A DNA stretch of 53,155 nt, taken from Patescibacteria group bacterium. GTDB taxonomy: Bacteria; Patescibacteriota; Microgenomatia; JBGSIU01. The notes under the pieces are model-generated. The model saw nothing but the letters and a program-made list of their open reading frames with translations, was not told the origin of the DNA and ran no database searches. Positions 52,208-53,155 of the stretch are shown here, piece after piece. How positions within the stretch are numbered: the first letter of the stretch is position 1; each line of letters begins with the position of its first letter. The stretch spans positions 1 through 53,155 of the forward strand of contig JBGSIU010000039.1 of assembly GCA_041742375.1 (NCBI GenBank), read 5' to 3'. The translations under genes and the position numbers were made by a program.

Positions 52208-53155
52208 ACACTTTAATTTTATCAACTGTTGCCATATATTTAAATTGCAGATCGGTTAATTTATATCTGGACAACACAATCTCTCCTTTTATCCGGCAGA
52301 GATATTTTGCAACCGGTTGGGCGCCTTTTTCCTGATACGGCGGGTATATAATCGCATGTCCTTTAAAATCCGGATAACCACCGGCTTTTTTTAACATTTC
52401 AATATATTCATTGTCCTGCCAAGCGCTTGACCCGGCCACAAGTTCCAGATTATATTCGGCAACGAAATATTGCGTTAAGAAACTCTCAGTGGTGTAAATT
52501 TTTTTACCGGGATATTTGCTTTCCAGATATTCGTAAATCGGTGAATATTTTTGGTCGCCGTAAATGTTTTTTGAAGCAAGTTTTAATGCGTCGATGGCAA
52601 AATATTCAGCGGCAATCGCAAACACAATCAAAATTACCAATATTTTTCTTTGTATTTTCGAAATGCCATATGCAAAAAAGATGGCGAGAATAAAAAAAGC
52701 GAGAATCCAAAATCTTGATGTCACACGAACAAAAGCGGTAACAGGCAATAGCTGAAAAAAAGCAAAAAATGGGGTTTTAAAATTGACGGTAATTAAAGCT
52801 AGAAGGACAAGCGAGACAATCAACGTCTTTTTGTATGCAAATTTGCTTTTTATGATTCCAAAAATGCCGACAATGAAAAAAACAGGTCCGATAAAAAGCA
52901 TTTGCTCTTGATCGATTAATAAAAGATTTTTATACGGGAAAAAAACGCATGCAAAAAGATTTTTAAAACTCCAGAGCGGCAAAATATCGGTTTTTAAAAG
53001 TTCACTGCGGTTTACATGAGAGGAGATTTCCACCATGGGTACAAAATGAAATGCATTCAAAACGAAAAAGACGAGAGTTGATACCCAAAAAAATTTCATT
53101 ATTTCAATCCAGTTTGAATTTTTGCGGGCAAAGATAAATATCAGAAAATAAATAA
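52182..53155 (-). CDS. Multi-TM membrane protein, YfhO/GT-C-like (5' end outside window)
   Basis: Frame open to window edge; E...FIG, FVRVTSRF motif, TM-rich. Confidence 0.65.
   Translation of the reverse strand, partial: IYFLIFIFARKNSNWIEIMKFFWVSTLVFFVLNAFHFVPMVEISSHVNRSELLKTDILPLWSFKNLFACVFFPYKNLLLIDQEQMLFIGPVFFIVGIFGIIKSKFAYKKTLIVSLVLLALITVNFKTPFFAFFQLLPVTAFVRVTSRFWILAFFILAIFFAYGISKIQRKILVILIVFAIAAEYFAIDALKLASKNIYGDQKYSPIYEYLESKYPGKKIYTTESFLTQYFVAEYNLELVAGSSAWQDNEYIEMLKKAGGYPDFKGHAIIYPPYQEKGAQPVAKYLCRIKGEIVLSRYKLTDLQFKYMATVDKIKVYENPCLKH

Overview
AT-rich bacterial chromosome segment (genetic code 11), most consistent with a Patescibacteria/CPR (Microgenomates-like) genome. This is inferred from the alpha2-type GlyRS, DUF4012 protein, short RecO, reduced L1 and compact operons. 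Contents: nusG-rplK-rplA-rplJ-rplL; galT-like; comM/yifB; a t6A cluster (TsaC-TsaE fusion, tsaD); an amino-sugar/peptidoglycan operon (rsmH, ftsL, PBP, murE, murC, frameshifted murB, murA, uridyltransferase-only GlmU, GNA1-like GNAT, HAD, yvcK, glmS); glyS; recO; and a ~28 kb surface-glycan locus rich in GT4, GT2 and GT-C enzymes. The most unusual signal is a dense population of small repeat elements. Inverted arrays of 7-, 8-, 9- and 10-mer units sit at gene junctions, and one brackets a four-helix-bundle (23S-IVP/Avd-like) gene. Single arms and REP-like palindromes are inserted in frame in many conserved enzymes. Genes directly downstream of the arrays are strongly enriched for non-AUG starts. 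Also found: a 2.5 kb island whose excision at a 9-bp core rebuilds an intact gene junction, a possibly eukaryote/mimivirus-style UDP-GlcNAc route, and a CC1-like small basic protein behind a structured leader. All family calls come from motif recognition; no database search was run.
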